Shown here one piece after another: positions 60,786 to 64,000 of a stretch of DNA of 64,000 bases (its first letter is position 1; every line of letters begins with the position of its first letter). The stretch is taken from positions 62,001-126,000 of the forward strand of contig MU006090.1 of assembly GCA_010093705.1 (NCBI GenBank), written 5' to 3'. Under the pieces are notes generated by a model. The model was not told the origin of the DNA. It searched no databases and saw only the letters and a list, made by a program, of their open reading frames with translations. The position numbers were made by a program, and so were the translations under genes. This DNA is from Patellaria atrata CBS 101060 (lineage: Eukaryota).

Positions 60786-62531
60786 TCAATCGACGCTGTC
60801 ACCTCTCTGCTGAAGAATGTCTGGATCCTTGTTCAGGCCCCTTCTCTCGGCATATCTAGCGTTGATCACCTCCACGCTGTCCATTCTAGGCTTCTTCATA
60901 ACCGGTACGTAAGAACCTACAGACTTGGAGATGTTTCCACCGTAGAACGCTCGAGTTATCCTCTGAGTTATTTCAGGTGGCTCTCTAGTGGCTAAATCGA
61001 ATCTCATGCTGCCCTGCGCCGCAACAACGTCAAGCAATGAACCTGCTAAGACCTCGTCTATCTTCTTCTGCCTCCAGACTTCCCATAGATTGTCGATCAA
61101 TCCATCGCGCTTGTACTTCTCGATTTCTCCCCCCTTACCATCATCTATGATTCGGGGCTGCTCTCCGGCATAGATCCAGTCGAGTGCGTCTTTTCGACTG
61201 TCTGGACCTTCTGCGGGAAATATGCAGTCCCATAGTACAAGAGGCGCGTCCACAGCCATCTCATACTTCGGTTTTGTCGGACATTTTTCAATGTCAAGCA
61301 GCTCTTTGACAATTGAGGGTGATTCTAAACCCTGACCGACAAGTATTAATATCGCAATCAGATGTCGAACCTGATGCCACAAGAATGCAGAACCATTGAC
61401 ATCAAATGTGTACAGCTTCAGTGGCGACACGTTCGTCGGTGATGATTGCTCATTCCTTTGAGATGGATATGAGAAAGGTATATCTTTCAAAAAAGCCGCC
61501 GGCGCATTCAATGAAGTTACCTCGGTGATGTCAGCATGGAAAACTCTGCGCTCAAAGTTTGTAATCTGTTTCGTCGGATCAACTTTACAGAAGTTTCTGA
61601 AATCGTGCAAACCAACAAGATAACTAGCCGCCTCACGCATAGCTGCGATATCTAACCAACCCTCTCGGATGTTTTTACCATTTAGCGTTTTGTGGAGGCC
61701 TTGTACTCCGGGTGAAGGGGCAAACGCAGGATTGGTAAAGAAATATCGGTACCGCCGCTCTCTACAGGAAAAGCGAGCTGAGAAATCTGGTGAAGGATTG
61801 GGACACCATGCGAGAACCCTTATATCCGGCGGTAGCACGCGATTCAACGTGAGGATGTATGGTATTTCGTCTTTTATGGGATCAAAAGCTGGCTCGTCCA
61901 ACACATCTTTGACATTCCCAGAATCACCATCTGTACCTTCAGGAGCTTGTGTGCTACTGACATCGGTAACAGTATTGTTCTTTCGCGGAAGGGGTCGATT
62001 ACTCCGCACTCTTATTCCTATAACCTGCCCGAAAGCGCTCACGCCTCTGTCTGTCCGCCCACATTTGGAGTATTCGCACCCCTCCCAGTTAACCTCTTCT
62101 GAACCAGTCAGTCCTAACCCGAGGTCCTTTAGCCGCTGCTCGACAGCTATGTTCATACGAGTGCTCCTCTCTTTTGTACCGTTGTTATTTTCTCCCTCCT
62201 TGACCTTGGATTTGGGGAGAATCAACCTCGTTTTCGTCAGAGCACGCCATAGTACCTCCTCAATTGTAGGTAATGGGGTATCATTTCCAACATGATGCTC
62301 ATAGCCATTATAATTCTGCCCTAGATATGCAAATTTGAGGGCTATGAAGCGAGTGGAGTATTTGGAGGGATCGAACGGTTTGGGTGGTTTATGTTGTTTG
62401 GGTGGAGGGACGTTCGAACAGTTGACGGCAGCGAAACCTGCATTTTGTGCCGCGAGTCGGCTCTCGAGTTCAATAATGCGCGCGATTAATGATGTGTTAT
62501 CCCATGTTTGGTAATCTACGGATCCGGCCAT
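60786..62531 (-). CDS. PUS3: tRNA pseudouridine 38/39 synthase (TruA family)
   Basis: RFIALKFAYLGQNYNG, YSKCGRTDRGVSAFGQV, FSARFSC, GLHDFRNFCK and GSAFLWHQVR. Likely start is MAGSVDY at 62531. Confidence 0.95.
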   Translation of the reverse strand: MAGSVDYQTWDNTSLIARIIELESRLAAQNAGFAAVNCSNVPPPKQHKPPKPFDPSKYSTRFIALKFAYLGQNYNGYEHHVGNDTPLPTIEEVLWRALTKTRLILPKSKVKEGENNNGTKERSTRMNIAVEQRLKDLGLGLTGSEEVNWEGCEYSKCGRTDRGVSAFGQVIGIRVRSNRPLPRKNNTVTDVSSTQAPEGTDGDSGNVKDVLDEPAFDPIKDEIPYILTLNRVLPPDIRVLAWCPNPSPDFSARFSCRERRYRYFFTNPAFAPSPGVQGLHKTLNGKNIREGWLDIAAMREAASYLVGLHDFRNFCKVDPTKQITNFERRVFHADITEVTSLNAPAAFLKDIPFSYPSQRNEQSSPTNVSPLKLYTFDVNGSAFLWHQVRHLIAILILVGQGLESPSIVKELLDIEKCPTKPKYEMAVDAPLVLWDCIFPAEGPDSRKDALDWIYAGEQPRIIDDGKGGEIEKYKRDGLIDNLWEVWRQKKIDEVLAGSLLDVVAAQGSMRFDLATREPPEITQRITRAFYGGNISKSVGSYVPVMKKPRMDSVEVINARYAERRGLNKDPDILQQRGDSVD

Positions 62532-62750
62532 GACAGTATGTGTGGGAGAATAATGCAGAACGTGCACTGCGTTGCTGAAACTACATGTGTGTCTTGGATA
62601 ACGGAACGAAAGATGGTGGGTCAAACGTAACTTGAATACCTCTTCTTTAGTTAGAGATGCGATTCCACTTCGCCTCATCACTGACTTCAAAATCTTCCCT
62701 ACTCTTTAGGGTGGGTTCATATAACCAGCCCAGAGGACATCGATATACTG

Positions 62751-62846
62751 TACAGTAAATTTGCTTATTCATCCACACTAGCGTCAACTTCGGACGGTAC
62801 TGAACTGCATTGGATCGGAGGTCTGCTTTTTCCACTATTTACTGTA
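62751..62846. mobile_element. Possible 92-bp TA-flanked miniature element with CAGTAAAT...ATTTACTG ends
   Basis: Perfect 10-bp inverted pair tacagtaaat / atttactgta, preceded directly by a TACTG unit. Confidence 0.4.
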
Positions 62847-62906
62847 AGTCACCTTGATCCCTCATAGATTATTACTCATAGCTCTATGAAAAGGTGAGGA
62901 GAGATC

Positions 62907-63987
62907 ATGTCGAATATGTCTGCAAGCTACGAAGTTTCCAATGTGAAACCCATTACCATCTTTTCTTCTTATATGCTCCTCGCGATTACCCTCACCTCCT
63001 TTATCATACGACGGTTAATCCAGAGCTCCCCAACTTCTATTCGACCGAAAAATGATACATTTAAAATCATATTATTTTCCATACTTGCAATTATCAGCCT
63101 TGGAACCACTTGGTTCTACATGTTGGAATTCTTCAAATACTCGTACCGGTTATGGGCGGAGAGACGAGATATAAAGTTACCTGAAAGTTTTCAAGCCGGA
63201 CTCTTGAGCATTGGAAGCAATGATAAACATAGCTTGCGACTTGGTAGTTGGTTAAAAGATAGTAAATTGTTTAAAGAAGCTTGGGGAACTGCTCTTGAGA
63301 CTCCATTACGCCAATGGTGGACGCAGCAGATCTTCTTCTTCGCTGCGCTTCTGAGCTTGCTCATGTGTAAGTTGTTCTTCTAGAGACTAGGTATTATTCA
63401 AGCTCATCCTCGCAGCATATGAGGTCCATATATCTCATGCATGGGCTTTCGTACTGTTAGGCCAGCTCGTCGCCATATCCTTCGCATCGAATCTGTTCTT
63501 TCTAGCTGTGCTGGTCAAATCAGAATCATCGAAAAGTCGCAGCAAGATAAAGACTAAAGACTTCCTGGAAGAGAAACCAGTTGATCCATCTTGGATTGTC
63601 TCCTTTATATTCCAGGGTATACCGCTTATATTCACCCTGGTCTGCGTCGTCCTTATTCCTTACGTCCAAGAAACACAGTATTTTCTTCCAGTCCTACTTG
63701 TACCACATGCAGTCCTCTTTATTCCTCCATTATTGCCTCAGCTTGTAAAGGGTTCTAGCAGTGTTTTTCAGCGTGATAACACTAACCGGAAAGCTCTGTT
63801 GGAGACTATCTTCGTGCTTTCTTTTACGTTTCTTCAGATCACCGCCACCACCAAAAGCGTTGATAACTGGAGGTTTGAACCGATATGGCAGACTCTATAT
63901 GAGCATCCTGCCGTAAGTAGTGTCGGGTGGGACGTCATCATGTGCACAATTAGTTATACTCTATGGACCTTGGTGGGGAAATCGTAA
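62907..63987 (+). CDS. Conserved multi-pass membrane protein of unknown function, 2 exons
   Basis: Hydrophobic helices with TTWFYMLEFF, WLKDSKLFKEAW, WAFVLLGQLVAISFASNLFF and HPAVSSVGWDV. GTAAGT intron near 63367. Confidence 0.85.
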
Positions 63988-64000
63988 AATCATTTTGATC

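Noticed and set aside
4054..62295. Many antisense or overlapping ORFs in the ORF track (e.g. 31559-32236, 61669-62295, 52111-52734, 56964-57470)
   Set aside because: They are shadow frames of real genes or low-complexity UTR sequence with no recognisable domains.

Overview
Eukaryotic DNA from a filamentous ascomycete (Pezizomycotina), with short GT-AG introns, CTRAC/CTAAT branch sites and about 22 protein-coding genes. Housekeeping genes: RPL43, COQ3, MRPL27, UTP14, VCX1, RSM7, MPG1/PSA1, a GH72 glucanosyltransferase, DET1-like phosphatase, PRKRIP1/DUF1168, PIG-H/GPI15 and PUS3/DEG1. Other genes: a QDE-2-type Argonaute (RGG N-terminus, DEDD tetrad), a HET-domain protein, a GH81 glucanase, a PTH11-like membrane protein, a 2H phosphoesterase, and a spliced SAM + HMG-box + fungal transcription-factor-domain fusion. 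No tRNA, rRNA or CRISPR array was recognised. The most striking signal not explained by genes is non-coding. There are several TA-flanked miniature foldback elements (MITE-like; termini CCG..CGG, CAG..CTG, CCT..AGG), three of them in bidirectional promoters and one in an intron. Alongside them are dozens of TA-NNN-TA heptamers, often concatenated, whose cores match those termini as expected for Tc1/mariner-type excision footprints. Other candidates are a 2-nt microexon in VCX1 and a structured intergenic RNA downstream of Argonaute. All calls were made by eye from sequence and motif recall; no database search or folding program was run.
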